Shown here in pieces: positions 26,100 through 40,000 of a stretch of 64,000 nt of DNA (the first letter of the stretch is position 1; every line of letters starts with the position of its first letter). Source of the stretch: Raillietiella orientalis (taxonomy: Eukaryota). Position numbers and translations under genes: made by a program. The stretch spans positions 2,232,001-2,296,000 of the forward strand of contig JAYWIR010000003.1 in NCBI GenBank assembly GCA_036172245.1, in the 5' to 3' direction. Below the pieces are notes generated by a model. It was not told where the DNA came from and searched no databases. It saw only the letters and a list, made by a program, of their open reading frames with translations.

Positions 26100-27250
26100 C
26101 CATCCTCCATTTCCCTGAGGTTCCAGGAATAGCTTGTAGATCGTTTACCAGCTCTCCAAATTTTGGTGTATCGCGCAGGCATAAATCACGTGACTTGTAC
26201 CCCAGATTCAGGATTCATTACAGCAATGTTCATCATAATTGAAAAGAGTAACGAATAATCGTATGGCAAACTGCAATATGGAAATCTTGCAGCCATGGTG
26301 ACTACTACTCTATCCAAAGATGTTGGAGCCAATGGAACCTTGAATTCTGTGTTGATATAGCAACTCCTGCGTATACCAACGTGAGTGGTAGCAGGCCAAC
26401 ATGAACATCCTTCTCATAATTCATAAAGTGCAAATGGTAGAAAGAACCCAAAATTCAATAAGTAAAACTCAATTTGAATTTCTCAGCAAGTGATACGGAC
26501 TTTCAGGATTCTCCGAAGGAAGTTCAAAAGTTTAGCTTTTGCCGAGTTCCCACGCGTCCCTGTCTCTCTAATTTAGATACCGAGATAAATGTTCAACGAG
26601 ACTATGATAGAACGCGACTTTCTATCGGCGATGGCATACTCGAAAAGTGAGTTTATTTAGAGTTCACAGAATTCCTTTTCTTAACGATGTGGTCGTTGGA
26701 GGAAGGCGCAAATTCATGTGTCATAAAGTCTGAGAGCCGAATATTTCCCGAACCATAAAACTTTCCAGCTAAAATCATTAAGTATTTGAAGAATTCCAGC
26801 CTTTGTGGAATACTCATCGGAATAGTAACCGTGGACAATAAAGTGGCGTTAGGGAAATTCCACGATTCCTATATGCGTTGTCGTGTTTTCCATGATCGCT
26901 GATGAGAGTTTCTTACAGAAGATTATCCTTCCTTTTGAATTGCCCCTATCAAATCATCTTTTCAGAGCGAATTGCACGGTTGAAACTAACCTGGTTAGGT
27001 ATATGGGCTTCCAAACTGTCCTTTGCGCTTTGTGTTCTTCTATCCTATCGAATCCTCGACACACCAAGCATAAAACCTGGACCATTTCTTCCTTCGATTA
27101 GGCTTCCCTCAATCATTTTCCAAAGATGGTGTAAGTCCATGTCTTCAGCGTTTACGACGTCAGTCATGTTAAAGGAAAGTGAATGAAAACCTGAAATCCA
27201 CGTGGATACCCAAATTTGGAGCTTTAGGTTTCGGCACTCTGGAGAAGTCA
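26100..27250 (-). mobile_element. Highly decayed non-LTR reverse transcriptase fragment
   Basis: YRNRGISLT (~26860, compare NYRPISLT), DRK/AFYHS (~26615, compare DF.KAFD) and QGSIGSNIF (~26340, compare QGS.LGP.LF) occur in the expected order and spacing. Many stops, and no YADD found. Confidence 0.35.
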
Positions 27251-28759
27251 CCACGCAGTCTGCTCTTCTTTCCTCGTGAGTGATGATAAAGAAGATAATT
27301 TCAAGAATTCGTTTCTAATTACCTGAGTTTTGTTTTTCCTTAAAGTTCACTTGCGTTTCCGGGACCATAACGGTGGGGGACGGCTGGGGACGGCTGGGGA
27401 CGCACAAGTCGCTCATCTGTGGAGATTCTCAAAGTAGCAGTATTTGTGAGATGAAGGGATTCTGCAGGATGGATCCACATCTCTCTCAAGAGCCCTCTCC
27501 TCACTTGCTGGTGCGGGGCAATCTGACGATTAGAAAGCACAAGTAGGGCAGGGTATATTCGGTCAGGGCTCCCTCAAAGGTATGTGCTAGCACGACACCA
27601 TCCAGGGAACCTGGTTCGTCTTTGGTGATCTTCTATCGGAAGAGTCGTACCAACAGAGCAAGTCTGCCTTCTTAAACTTCACCTACTGGCTGATGCAGAG
27701 ATGCTGGAAAATAACGAGCAAATAAACAGACGTGCATGAGGACACTGTGCAAAAGCCAAAGCAGCTCACCTTGCAATCTTAAGATCACGAGGATGAAACC
27801 CAAGATGCTGCATGTAACTAGTGATCCCTTGCAAGCCGGATGGGAAAGGTAGGAAAGCCTGCTGTGTGGATTCTGAGAAACGCTCACAGGTGAAATGCGG
27901 ACGAAACCTTTGCCCAAGAGCACTCGGTCTATTAGCATGCGACCCGAGTCACTAGCAGCTGTGGCTCGAAAGCGCCATTTCCTTTCCAGATGGAGAATAA
28001 TCTCAATCTGCGAGTTTCGCTCGGAGTTTCAAACTCAGAATCGCAAGGCGCCTGCCAACTCGAACTTTTGAACTGAGATGGACATTCAGAAGTTTCCTAA
28101 GATAAAGATCCAATTCACTCTAAAAGGGAACGGTGGAAGAGGGAAGCATTTGTTGTGCTTCGATTAAGGGTCATGACAGTGGGTCAGCATACGGAATGGA
28201 AAAAAAAGAAAAAGCATCACACTAACGGATCTTGACTAATGACAAACGATGTAAAGTACACGCGAGACGAAGCAGATCCTACTGCGGCGAAATCAAGAAG
28301 CAGCGGAAAGAACGGGCGTGTGTAACGCTTGAGAAAAGACAGAGCTTTGGGATTGCTGGCTTATAGGGAAGGTGAGAGACATTGCAACTTGAAGCTTTCA
28401 GCGGTGCCAAGGAAACGGCTATAATTCAGGGTGGGCGATAAATTTGGGCTCAAGGTGATGTGTGTGCACGTTCTTGAAGTACTCTTCAAGATTTCACAGA
28501 AGGCTCGGTGAGCACGTGGTGGCAAATCTGAAGGCACCTTCAAAAAGCTTTTCCGACAGGACAAAAAAAAAAACGATCCGATTCAGACCATTGTATATTT
28601 TCAAAGTTTGAAGGCCAAACAGGATTTTAATCTTTCAAGAGGAACAATCAAAATCCTCTCAAAATACTACCTCAAAAGCGCTCATCATGGGGGTATAGAT
28701 AAGTACAGGCGTACAGTTGGGGAAAGTCTTCTTGCTTTCATTTTCAGGAAGCAACAGAA

Positions 28760-29380
28760 TGCTCATTTATACTTTTACTTCTTTCCTGTTCTCAGAACAC
28801 ATCCGGGATTGCGTGCTTTATGTTTTAGAATACCTTGACCTTCCTAACTCATTGGGCCACGGGAACAGAGCAACGAGGAAGTGCTCAGAGGACATTGACC
28901 TTTCCATCTTGCATGGTTAGAAGTTGCAGCTTCCTCAAAGCAGTGGCTTAGCCATCTTGCCCTAACCTAGCATCCAGAAGTTTCAAACTGCAGGAACTGA
29001 AACCAGAGTGAACCAAGGGATCTAGATGATCCTGGAAATTTCGGTGCAAATAATGTGAAATGCAGTTTATCTATATTCCTACTATAGAATCAATCCTCAG
29101 CAGCGATTTTATCAAAGGTGAGCAGACCACTATCAACTAAGTTACGTGCACTTACTGTGTGAATTTCGATTGACTGCACCGAAATTTATAGACCCTGATA
29201 CCCAGAGAGCTCATATGATACTACGCGAGGCATAGCCATCACCGTCACACATGACACACATGGCTTAGCTTACATCTGTGCTTGCGGGAGTCTCCTGAGC
29301 ACTTAAAATTGCGACCTAGGACACCTTCTGAGTGGAACACCGAAGCTAGGCAATAAATAATCTTTGGAGATGCAAAATTG
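28760..29380 (+). mobile_element. Remnant of an ISL2EU/Harbinger-like DNA transposon (THAP + DDE_Tnp_4)
   Basis: THAP-like LYFYFFPVLRTHPGLR and ATRKCSED (compare F..FP...R and R.CS.HF). Then DLDDPGNFG...SIF, IDCTEIYRP at 29169 (compare IIDCTEI.I.RP), HGLAYICACGS and IIFGDA (compare .MAD.GF). Internally deleted and frameshifted. Confidence 0.6.
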
Positions 29381-31999
29381 CGACGGGGGAACTCACAAAT
29401 ACTCGAGATGATCTTCAACTTGAAGAACAGGGTCAGAACATCTTGGATATGGAGAAGATTTCAAGGAGCGAAATGTGGAAATGATGAAGGCTTCGTGATG
29501 ACGATAAAGACCATGAAGTGAAGTAATCCTCAGAAAATTCTCGCTTTTGCTCCTGAGCAAATTTCGTTTGTTTCCATGGATGCTGGCCGTTGAAAACATA
29601 GACATTTTCTCGAACACTTCAAACTTCATGGTAGGAGATGCTCCAAGGTTGGAAGTGCACTGCTGTGAGAAATGCCCCATCCCAGTGTACCTCAGTTTCC
29701 TTCCGTTCTAAGGTTCTGCCCACGAATTCAGTTGGCCTCCATTCCATTCCCTCTTTGAAGCCTTTGATTCATCTCGCAGTCTGTTTCGTTCCTTTTTATG
29801 ATATGAGGTAATTTGGAGTTAGCCTCTTAGCTTCAGTTCATCGTTGCTGCATCTTATTTTCTCCTTATCGATTTGAATGGATCTCCTAAACAAAAATTGG
29901 GAAAGATTCCCCAAAGAGGCCTGAAGAGTTGAATTTATTCACGGGCAGATTGAAACTTGAGATGAAATGATCATTCATTATGTGTGAGTGTAATGCAAAA
30001 TGCCGTTCTTAATTCTCATTCCAGTCCGGCAGTTTTCAATTTGTAGCCGCCTTCCTCGTGTCAGCATTCCTCTGTCCGCCATGACGTTTTCAATTTCCTC
30101 GTCTCTAGCTGCTTTTTATTTGATGGGATCGCGATTACACCATCGCAGAATGAGCAATCGTTGATCCTTGGTTGCACGCTCAAGAGCTCTGAAAGTTCCA
30201 AGTTGCTGCAGCCAGCAAGCAACATTCACAGGCTCCCTATCGAATCTTTTCATCTTCTCGTGATCAACTGTCCCATCGCTCGTAAGTTGGAGCTGTTTCC
30301 TTGGAAACAGAGATTTTCTGCCGTTTCTGTGGCTGCCAAACTGGTCCCAGAAACTGTGGCTTCTTGCAGTTCTCTGTGGCGAACGGGCTGCTTTCTTCTA
30401 CACACTGAACGCATTGCATTCTCATGGATGTCTCTTCCGTATGGATCGGTTGCAGACAAAAATCAAGGCTTCCAGAGTAGAGACGCGCACTCACAAACCG
30501 ACCTCCGTGATCAACCAAAACGTATAAAGGCGCTGATTCGTTTCTTTTCCTTGCTTTACAGCAGCGCAGTCTTATATAAAAAATTTGCTCCAAAGCCTTC
30601 CATCCCAAGAACTCTGCCGTCGCAAGCTCGCACAAAATTTTGTTTTCCTTTAGCATCTCTTGAACTTTCGTTCGCTAAGGTACCGAAAGCAGAACTCCCT
30701 CGGAGGGAGACAGTCTTGAAAACTTCCTAACCGCTGCCAAGTCCCGTTAAAATCATTTTCGCATGGTTCTCTTTAAAGCACCCATTTCTGTTTCAATCTG
30801 CAGAATTTCGGATCCAGAAACCTCCGATGTTTTTCATCGATGCTCCTGTCAACGGAAACAGTGGACAAAGGGGATCACTGACGGTTTGCAATGAGAGCAC
30901 TCTTTAATATTCAAAATCATTAGAAGATTTCAGAGTTGCCGTAGAGAAAGATTAATTTGCTGCGTCGGGGACCACCTGTGTAAAAAGTGACCGAGCAAGA
31001 TTTAGGGTGATGACTAAGTGACTGTCACGTGGAAGGTGAAAATGTGATCTTGTTCCGGACGACTCACAGCCAGAGCTCGTTCTGTGACCTGAGCAAAAAA
31101 TTAGCTCTACCTAAGCCATGTCTGAAATTGGAATAAAAATTCCACTATCCATTCCAGAAATGCAAATTGGAATTCCACCCGCCAGAGCTGATGCGTCCCT
31201 GTAAATCAATAATGGCCATACCACAAAGTTCCTCGCAATTCCTGCGGACCCCATATGTGAAGCTGAGGATGGGAAAGCCAGATCGGGTCATGAGGCTCCC
31301 TGAGGTCCATCGGAAGCCACGGAAGAAATGGAAAAGGGAAACTGTTCGTCAGCTAGCGACGTGTTGAGGGCGGAAACTAGGGGAGTAGCACGGCTGCTGC
31401 TTGTCTTATATTGTCTCCTGTCATCATTATCGAGCATTCATTCGGATACCTAACTGTCTACCGTGGAGCAAGCCTTTCGGATTTCGAACGCTCTGAGAGC
31501 CCTCGGCAGACATGTCCGCTGGGTGAAGAAGCGATTAGTTGCCTTGGCGTAAGAGTGGTAGAGTGTCTGCTCCAGGTAACATTCAAAAGACTTATTTGCG
31601 TGGACCGTTCCCTATGTGTTGCGCATGCACGAGTGTTGACCAGTCCAGAACATGAGATGCAAGAGTTGCTGACGCGTGGAATGGCAATCTCCACGAGAAC
31701 GCAACCTTTGATGACGAAAGAGCACTGCTGTTTCCTACAGAAAAATCCAGACTAAAAGAAAAAAAATTGGAGTGAAAAAGAAAAAAAGCAAGGATAAATG
31801 ACTTCAGCAAACTGGAATTTCCTGATAGAAAGGCAGCGATGATCCTCTAGAAAGACCAGCAAGATAAAAAAAACTGCATCAAATACTTTTAGTACCATGG
31901 AGTGCGTATTCGATGCACAACATAAGTGCTCTTTTGGCTGCGAAAAGGTCAATCAGGTTCTTGCATTTGCGCTCTTTTTGTGACGCCGTTCTTCGGGTG

Positions 32000-32400
32000 C
32001 AGTGACAGCGTTGCATGTGAACAGGCAGCATCCAGCAGCATGATCGGATCCCCCTTCCAGAACATTGGACCCGCGCGGCGTCTCGAGTCGATCCCCAAAA
32101 TTGGTTGCTTGAGGGGTCCCCAGCCTCCATCTTCCCAGGGTCGCTTCTCTGATTCAGTTGACCAGCGGTCGTACCTCCTGGTGATGAAGCTGAATTTCCA
32201 CACACGGAGATGGGGAATGCGTACCAGTCAACCTCCTTCGCTTTGGTCTAACATCCTTCCTTGCAGAAGCCGCTAGCACGGGCGGTGGAGTTGATCGAGC
32301 AGCATATAAGGGTCGCCAGTCGAGGAACTGCAGGTAATCTTTGGTGCATGGGAAGCCTCTTCATGAACGTTGATCTCCAGAACAGAACATCTCTGATCTG
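32000..32400 (-). mobile_element. Possible L1/Tx1-type ORF2 fragment (post-RT region)
   Basis: VWKFSFITRRYDRWSTESEKRPWEDGGWGPL resembles the L1-clade motif F.W......W.....P...GGLG. Confidence 0.35.
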
Positions 32401-34169
32401 GCTCCTTGTCGAAGAGGAACTGCCATCGAGAAATGCAAGGAGTAAAACTGGAAAAAAAGAAGAAAGAAAGAAAGCTGAACCGCTCGTTTTCTCGTTTGTG
32501 AAGTGAAATCTCTTCTTGAAATTGCTGAACTCAGAAAGGCTCTTTTCTCACAAGGAAGCTGCTTCAGGAGGACCTCTTGGGAACAGGTTGCTCCTTTCTG
32601 AAGAGATGGAAAGGTGGGAGCTTTCATTTCTCTTGGAAATCTCATACAGAGAAGCGATTGAAAAGTTCTCTGTAGGATTGTCCACTGGATGTCTTCTACA
32701 GACCTCTGTAGTTCCCATGCCCAGCTACAGTCAAGGTTTCACTGAGTCCATGAGGTCACAGAGAAATGTAGTCACAAGTTTCAAAGGATAAGCAGGCCGA
32801 AAGTTTGCTGCCTCTTAGAAGAAGGGAAGATTTCGTTGGCTATGACCTCTCTACGCCCACAACTGAAAGCACGGGATTCGTACTGCTTCAATAAAGTCCC
32901 GTGCCGACCTTACCGGAAGATTTCAACTTTGCAAAGAACACACACGAAAAATCAACGAAGACTGAAGGGAACGCAAGCGACCTTCCAACGTCGGATTTCT
33001 GTAAGTTCATCGTGAGCTGAAATGCTGAAAATTCCAGCGTTCCTTCCCAGACTCATATGGCCAGCATCTCTTCTGCCTTGTCCACTTCTCGATTCTCTCC
33101 CTGAAGCCCGGAACCGATTTGGTTCCACGGATCTCTCCGCGTTGCATTTTCGTGAGCTCAAGCACTCATAGGTGGCAATGGAGACTTCCACCGTACCAGA
33201 CCCCTTGTAAGAAGAATCATTTCTTCCCGTCTCCCGATTCAACTTCAGTCGCGTGCTGGTCAAGATTTCCGGAAAAAAAAAAAAAAACAGAAAGCAACTT
33301 TCTTTGGTTTCGCAAGCTCATGAAGGACCACGGAAGTTGGTTAAGCCTTTTTGAGTGTCAGACGGTCCAGCTCATTTGAAAAACCCGTTCTGCCTATTTG
33401 ACTTTTTGGATTATCCCAGAATTTGTGTTCAGCCCCGGGCATTCCTTCATGCATTCTGTCTCTGAGTGAAACAGTTGAAATTCTCTTGAGACTTCTTGGA
33501 AATGGACACGGAGTTGAGTTATCGCGTGTTCCCGTGATCTATTGGCTTGCGGTGGGGGAGTTCCCATTTATTCAATTCATCAACCGTTTTTTTCCGGTAC
33601 CATCTAAGGTGCATTTTCTTTCTTGGTTCTCTAATTATTCAAAGGCCTTTTGAAATCACAGTTTCCTTTCGCTGCAAAGTTCGTGACTCCCACCTGCCTA
33701 CTTGGGGCATCCCGCTTCCTGCTGTTTCAGGAGAGCTTTCCGTTTTGGAAAGCTTTCAGACTTCTCTCGTGGTTTTCGGACTCTTTCAAACTCTGAAGAA
33801 TCATAGGCAGCAGGATTTGATCCGTTCGAAAGCAGTTTGGGAGTGACTCCGTGCCTCCGCGAAGTGCGAAACACGGAGTGATGATTCCAGCTCATAGCAT
33901 CCCGTTTCAACGGGAGCCTAAGAGGAAATCCAACTGATGAACTTTTTGCATGCTTTCGTTAGACTCCGGGTCTTAGGGAACTTTGCAAGACACGACGAAA
34001 ATACGACCTGCTTGGTATTCTCGGACTCCAGAGGCGAAGTTCAAGAGAAACTTCAGCTTCCCCACCAGGTAAAGGATCTCACATCTGTGAAGATTGCAGC
34101 GTCTTGAAAATTCTGCAAAGTGGGAGAATTAATAGCAGCTACAATTTTTTTTTTTTTTTTCAAGTAGGG

Positions 34170-34630
34170 TCTGGGTGTCATTACTATACGAGTCACTGAT
34201 GGGTGGTGCTTCCCATCGGCTAGAAAACAGTCTTTCCCAAACAGAAGGTGGTGAACTGCCTTCATAGATTTGCATTTTTTGAAATGTCCATTCATTCTCA
34301 AAATTAGTTTGAGAGTGAGGAGAGCTAATGTAATGAATCCGAGCACCTTGAATGATACCGGCAGCTCCCTCTCTTCAAATAATTTGTAAGTAGGGTAGTT
34401 TCCTTTTCTGTCGCTACTGATTTCATGCAAAAATCCTAAAGCAGTTTCTTGATGCTGAATTCATCCTCAAACTAAAAGATAATTCAACATTTCGTTTAAA
34501 AAAATAGCGATGATAATTAGAAGCTGCACTTTGATTACTGTATCTATCCTTGTGGACTGAATGTTTCAGGTAAATCGCAAGGTGGTAACCTTGGGAGAAC
34601 AAAGTCACAAAGTCAACATTCAAGGTCTAC
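34170..34630 (-). mobile_element. Penelope-like element reverse transcriptase remnant
   Basis: In order: NVDFVTLFSQ (compare S.DV.SLFT), RYFFKRNVELSFSLRMNSAS...FRIF (compare YF.F...Y.Q..G..MGSP.S...A.IFM), YPTYKLFEERELPVSFKVLG (compare HP.IKFT.E.E...L.FLD) and FLADGKHHPSV (compare YL...S.HP). The catalytic YVDD segment is missing. Confidence 0.5.
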
Positions 34631-36619
34631 AAGATTCGGATGCAGTGTAATGAGCCACTGGAAACCTCCATGTAATTTTTACATTAAAATGCAAATGCAT
34701 TCGCCAGAAATTGGGCATTCTTGTTCGGAAATCCAGAGATTCTCTCGCCTATCAGGCATGCTAGCTTGCCTTATGAAAAAGCAACATTCACTAATTGCTT
34801 TTCCAGTGTGCAGCCAGAGGTCGAGATGGAGGGCATCTTCAAAGTGACGCTGAGAAGTCTTCTTCACCCTAAAGTATTATTTTGCAATTTTTCTTGTATT
34901 GCTCTGACTGATGCTAGTGCTAGGGAGTGAGTTACATTATTCATCGCTTCCGCAGAAAAAGCTTTCCTCAGCATGCAAAGTTGCAACTGCACGAAAAGCG
35001 GAGTCGCGAGTGCATCTCAAAGGTCGCAACTGCTTCCGAACGAAGGACGAATTCTCAAAACAGGCAGTTTGACAAAGAATCTTCCAGATTATGTGAGAAT
35101 CAAATCGAATATCACCCAAGGGGAAATGAAGTGACGAATATGAAAGGCCAGGAACTGAGTTCGAGACCACGCTTGTCTTGCATCGAACCCATCCTGCACC
35201 AGCTCTCAGCTTCGTGGATCCACAGCCATTTTCCACCACAAGGACGCAAAGCAGATGGCGATTCAATGAATTCGTAGCCGTCCTATGCTGTGCAGGAAAC
35301 GCGTGAGCTTTCCCTGAATTTGTGTGTTCTGCTTCGGGGCTGCCTTCGAGGTTTGGAAGTGGGATTGGGTCCCACGGGATCTGGAGGTGATTTGAAGAAC
35401 GAATATACGGGAGACAAAGAGATTTCTTGGAAGTTTGGAACTTTGGTCTTTCCGCGCAGAGCTACTGTCGATACGTTAAAGGAAATTCGTCGTCTGTGTT
35501 CATCCAAATGCATTTTTACAGGTATAGCTGCGAAACCTATCTGACCGTGGATTTTCCGTTCTGTCTGAAATGCTCAGAGCTCACTGCACTCGAGCGTTCC
35601 GATCCGAATTCGCACCTGCTGCTGTGAACTCAGGCTTCATGCTTCTCGCTCTTTTGGCTGAGATCAAAGCGAAAGTCATTCGGGAAAAGTCATTTTGGTC
35701 ATCATTTCGGGAAACGTGGGCTTGCAGTTTGAGAGAAAACGCGAATGACGTCACGAAGAGACCGACATCTGTGAGAACGCTGTGTCTTCTATTGCACATC
35801 TCATCAGAGATCGCACCTTTCTGGAAGTGGCACTCTATCTGAGCCGACATCTGTCTTTACTTCTTGTGGATTGAGTTGAAAAGGTTTCTAAAGGATGCCA
35901 CTGACGCCGAACGATTCGAGGATCATTCCACGAATTCAAAACGTCTTTAAAGCTTCCTGGAACATGCTATAATGCTGTTCGTTATTACTAAGATGATGTC
36001 TCCGTGTCGCGGATTCAGCTTCCTAATTCTTCAATGAAAGGTGCAGTGCTCTTTTGTGAGGGGTTCTTCGATGTGAAAGTTTCGCCGAGCAAAGTAACGA
36101 GCAGATGACACCTGACGGATGTCAAGGCTTGGTGACCAAGGTCCTGATGCTTCGTTTGCTACCAGCAAGTTGCCCTGTGCTGGTGTTTCGCTACTTTAAT
36201 GTGAGTAATCCGGGGGTTGCTGTAAGAGAAGTCACAGTTCCAGATTCTTCAACTTTCCAAAGTCAAGTCTTCATTGCCTTTAGAGCTTTCAAGTAAAGGC
36301 AAAGCCCAAGCACCAGAGTTCTCTCTCTGTCTTTGAGCTTGCTGTTTCTGTGAGCACTCGTGCTATTGCGCCCATCTGCTTTGAGTTTCTTAGTTCGCCG
36401 AGCCACCTGATGTCACTTAAAAAGCGTCATGCGTGGCGCTCTCTGAATTCCCACATTTGCAATTTTGTAGGGAGAGACATTAATATGCGATTATTGCGCG
36501 CTAATCAGTCAATCGCCGAAAAGAGGCACCTGGTGATCCGTGATCATTTTCTCATTTAAGCAATCTATCTCTTTGCAATCATGTTTCTATTCCTCCTTTT
36601 TGGAGATTCGCAGCGTCAG

Positions 36620-37630
36620 TGTTTAATTGATAGAAATGCTCGCGGGAGGTAAAACCACCTCAGCTGTTTTGCACCCGGGTGCGCCGTGGCTTTCATTGCA
36701 AACCATCTGGGAACAAATTTCCAAGACAAAGGGAACAGAAGATCGAAGAGAGGGCTCTCCGACACGCAGGTCGGTAATACCGAAAGTCCGGAACGGGAGG
36801 GAGGGACCGCAAATATAAATATACAGAAAATATAAATAAAAATATGGGGGGGGGGGGTTGGGGACAGGGGTCTTTGGCTTGAACCGTTTCTTTCCTTTAG
36901 AACCGTCGTTGGGAGCCGGAGATCTTTCTCGCTTCTTCTGGAAGATGAGGCCACCTGACAACCGTCGTCATGTTGGCGTAGGCGATTGCGGTGGCCTCTC
37001 GAGGAATCGCCTGAGTCTCCAACTGGCGGCAGGCCGTGGCGATCGCGCGGATGCAACAGATCGTTGCGACGACCGCACCTAACGACAGGCGGCCTGGCGT
37101 GAAGAAGCGGTGCATGAAATCCTTGCGGTGTGCCCCTGGTGCAGCAGCGCTGAAGCCAACCTCCGTCCCAGTCCTTGGAGGACACCGCAGTTGAAGAGCA
37201 GGTGCGGGAGCGTTTCCGCTGCTCCGCACCGTCCACAGTTCGGTGAGACAACTCCCCCGGAAACAGTGTGGCTACGCTGGTTGCAATGGAAGCCCCAATG
37301 CACCAGCAGCAGCCCGCCATGCTTTCATGGAAAGGGGAATACTGAAGTGTCCACGCACGAGGGAGGGACCGCAAGTTCTTCCGGGGACACACTCAGGAGT
37401 TCGCTCCACCGAAGGAGTCCCATGGGAATGTGGCGAGGTGTGGTGGCGTCTGCCAGCTCGACGGTTCTCCGGCCGCCCAAGGGTCGGCTTGCTCCTGCGA
37501 TCGTGCAGGCGACCTTCCACCTTGCCGGTAGGCAACTGTCCTCTCTTGCCATTAGGGCAGGCAGCGCTGCGGCAAGGGGCGTGGCGGCCAGGCTGCTCCA
37601 CTTGCCCTGGTCTCGCTGTGTAATACCACC
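36620..37630 (-). mobile_element. 3' fragment of an L1/Tx1-clade LINE (zf-RVT zinc knuckle and 3' UTR)
   Basis: MKAWRAAAGALG, then VSPNCGRCGAAETLPHLLFNC (CX2C...ET..HL...C, ~37190-37255), then AVVATICCIRA. Followed by a C-run and T-rich tail and AATTAAA near 36625. Frameshifted and 5'-truncated. Confidence 0.7.
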
Positions 37631-37989
37631 TCAGCTGTGTGGTATTCAGATTCCAGAACGCATGTACAGTATGCGATTCATCTGAAAACTTCGAGAATGA
37701 ACGCGGACGTTCATTCTGGAAGTTTATCCCGCAATAAAAGAAAAGAAAACGAATGCAGCATTGCTCTTTGCATGTATCAGAGCTATGATACAAGGATTTA
37801 AAAACACTCACCTTATCTGAGAAGGCACCTGTAAAGACGTTTCATGAAAACATTCCGATGCTGTCAGAACACTCTCTCAGATGCTGCATTTGCTTGTTGC
37901 GGTATTTTTGTAGGATGCCGTGCGGATCTCTCTTTTCGAAATTCCGATAGCAATGGAGGCATCCTTTTTCGTGCAATGTGACCACTTTG

Positions 37990-38900
37990 ACAAGGAGTGT
38001 TCTGAAGAGTGTTTGCAAGGTCTCCCACAACCGCTGACGATCAAAGAAGAGAAAAAAGAAGCTCGTTTATGAAGCTGTTTACGGAAGTTTCTTAAATCCT
38101 CCAACGTAGACTCCCTGTTGAATACAAATGATGCATTGCTCTGAAGTTTGTTTACAATTTTGTACGTCATTATGCACTGATCAGTGATTCAGGGTCTGAA
38201 GGCTCCTGAAATGTTGCAAGTCCTCCATCCAGAAAATCAGGAGTCATCATAAAATGCAACTCTTGATTCCTATCACACCGTAAAGCATGTGATGGATGGA
38301 GCAACTGGATCTTTTTTATTATCAGTGAAGTGGTAAGCTGCGGACGGGATCCTCGCTTCTGAGATTTTAGATCTACCAAAGTTTGCCTCCGAGAATCTCC
38401 GAGGAGCTTATTCACTGATGATGGCGACTGGTAAACGGAAACAGGTAGACGGAAAATTTCATCAACGAATCGAGCGTACCAGAGTTTTGCAATGATGCCG
38501 ATTCTGCTTTCAACTCCTTTATCCGTACAGCTGCCTCATCGAGCGTGCTGTTTAGGTTGGAAATGCAAATGAAGAGAAAAAGGAAGTTCATTTTTTGGTC
38601 TAAGAAATCGGTTCGAAAAGTGGAGGCAGAACGCGTCGCTCAAGCTGCAAACTTTGCATTTCACTATTCCGTATGCGTTAATAGCACGTGAGCATTCCAT
38701 CATGGTGGAAATGTTGGCAGATTCTCCGAAAGATGGCAGGAGAATAAGAAAAAGTTCGGACGATTTCTCCATCTTGCGGAAGATCATGGAACTTCGCTCG
38801 AGGACAGGACTTTCAGCCCGTCATCCTGCAATAAAACGAAAGAGAAGCAACACCACACAGCTTGAAACTGCTTCACGAATGAGTGATGCACTGTTCTTCT
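37990..38900 (-). mobile_element. Decayed CR1/L2-group LINE, RT C-terminal half
   Basis: Ordered remnants VVLLLFRFI (compare GP.LF.IFI), VKCKVCSL (compare FN..KCKV), RRQTLVDLKSQ..SRPQL (compare L..LY.S.VRP.LEY), GLATFQE...LI/TYKIVNKL (compare L.L.TL..RR..DLI..YKI..G) and KRASFFSSLIV/LWETL (compare R..FFS.RVV..WN.LP). Confidence 0.6.
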
Positions 38901-39179
38901 CATGAACGGACGATGTCTTTTTTTTTTTATAGAAATCTTTTCTGATTATCTCTCGGCCAATTTCAGACTTCTTTTCTGCTAACGAGTTCTCTGTAACGCT
39001 GGTCTTCAAGCAATCGCCATTGTGATTATCAATCTAGGAATTTTGTTATTATGTGCTTCCACTGCATCGCTTGAAAGGTGGAATCATCAGCTGAAATAAT
39101 CAGCTCTCAGGTGAGCCCCCAAAGGAGACTTGGGTAAGTTAGTTGTTGTGCAAACAGGGCTATCAAGAGCAAATCCAGA

Positions 39180-39560
39180 GGACGTCCATGAAGAGGACGT
39201 CTTCGTGCTATGGAGGCTCACGAGCTATCCTCCTGATGATCACGAAATAACATGCTCAGTGTGCGTCAAGGTGCTCTTAAGTTGCGAAGCGTGCCTGGAA
39301 TACTTCAGTGTTCCAAATTCCTGAGTGATAAATGGCAGTCTAAGAAAGAACATCAGTGGAACCATCAGTGAGAAAATGCCTCCTTCAGCAGAAAAAAACT
39401 GATGACTATGAAAGATCTTTCATCATCCACCCTGATTCTAGTTATGGTTGAGCTGCTATACAAGAAGACCAAAGATGTTGCTTTGTAAGACAACAGTGGA
39501 TCAAGGACTCATTATGGAGCAACGCGATCACTGCTTGAAAGTCTAACCCTGGAGTGCAAC
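39180..39560 (+). mobile_element. Possible pogo/Tigger-type transposase N-terminus (HTH_psq/CENP-B-like)
   Basis: AMEA...NNMLSVRQGALKLRSVP resembles M..A......S.R.AA....VP.STL. Downstream PPSAEK and QWIK remnants. Many stops. Confidence 0.3.
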
Positions 39561-39816
39561 CAGGCAATGCGCAAGTCCGAAAGTGATAGCCGCTGATCGT
39601 GGGAAGGGCATTCCGAGTGTCTCAGGGAGGATTTCGACGGCGAGTCACTCACGATTCAAATTCTAGGAAAGATTTTGTCAGAATCTTCCTCAGAATCCAG
39701 GAACTCCTTGCCCATTAAAGTCCCATTACTGGAACAAGACACTTGCTCAAAAAATAAAAGTAGGGATCAATTTGCTGAGTGCAGGGGAGCGCAGAGCTAC
39801 AGTAACCGAAGCTACA

Positions 39817-40000
39817 GAAGAAAAGGGAGAAGGAAGAAGAGAAGGAGAAAAGGGAGGGAGGAAGGAAAGGAGAAAGTGAATAGGAGGAAGAAAAGGGGAA
39901 GGGAGGCGGAAGAAGAGGAGGAAGGAAAGAGGAAGACGAAGGAGAAAGAAAGGAAGAGAAAGAAGAAGGGAGAGGGGATAAAAAGGAGGAAGAGAGGAGT
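39817..40000 (+). repeat. Polypurine (GA-rich) low-complexity tract
   Basis: Almost purely G/A for about 180 nt. Confidence 0.95.
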
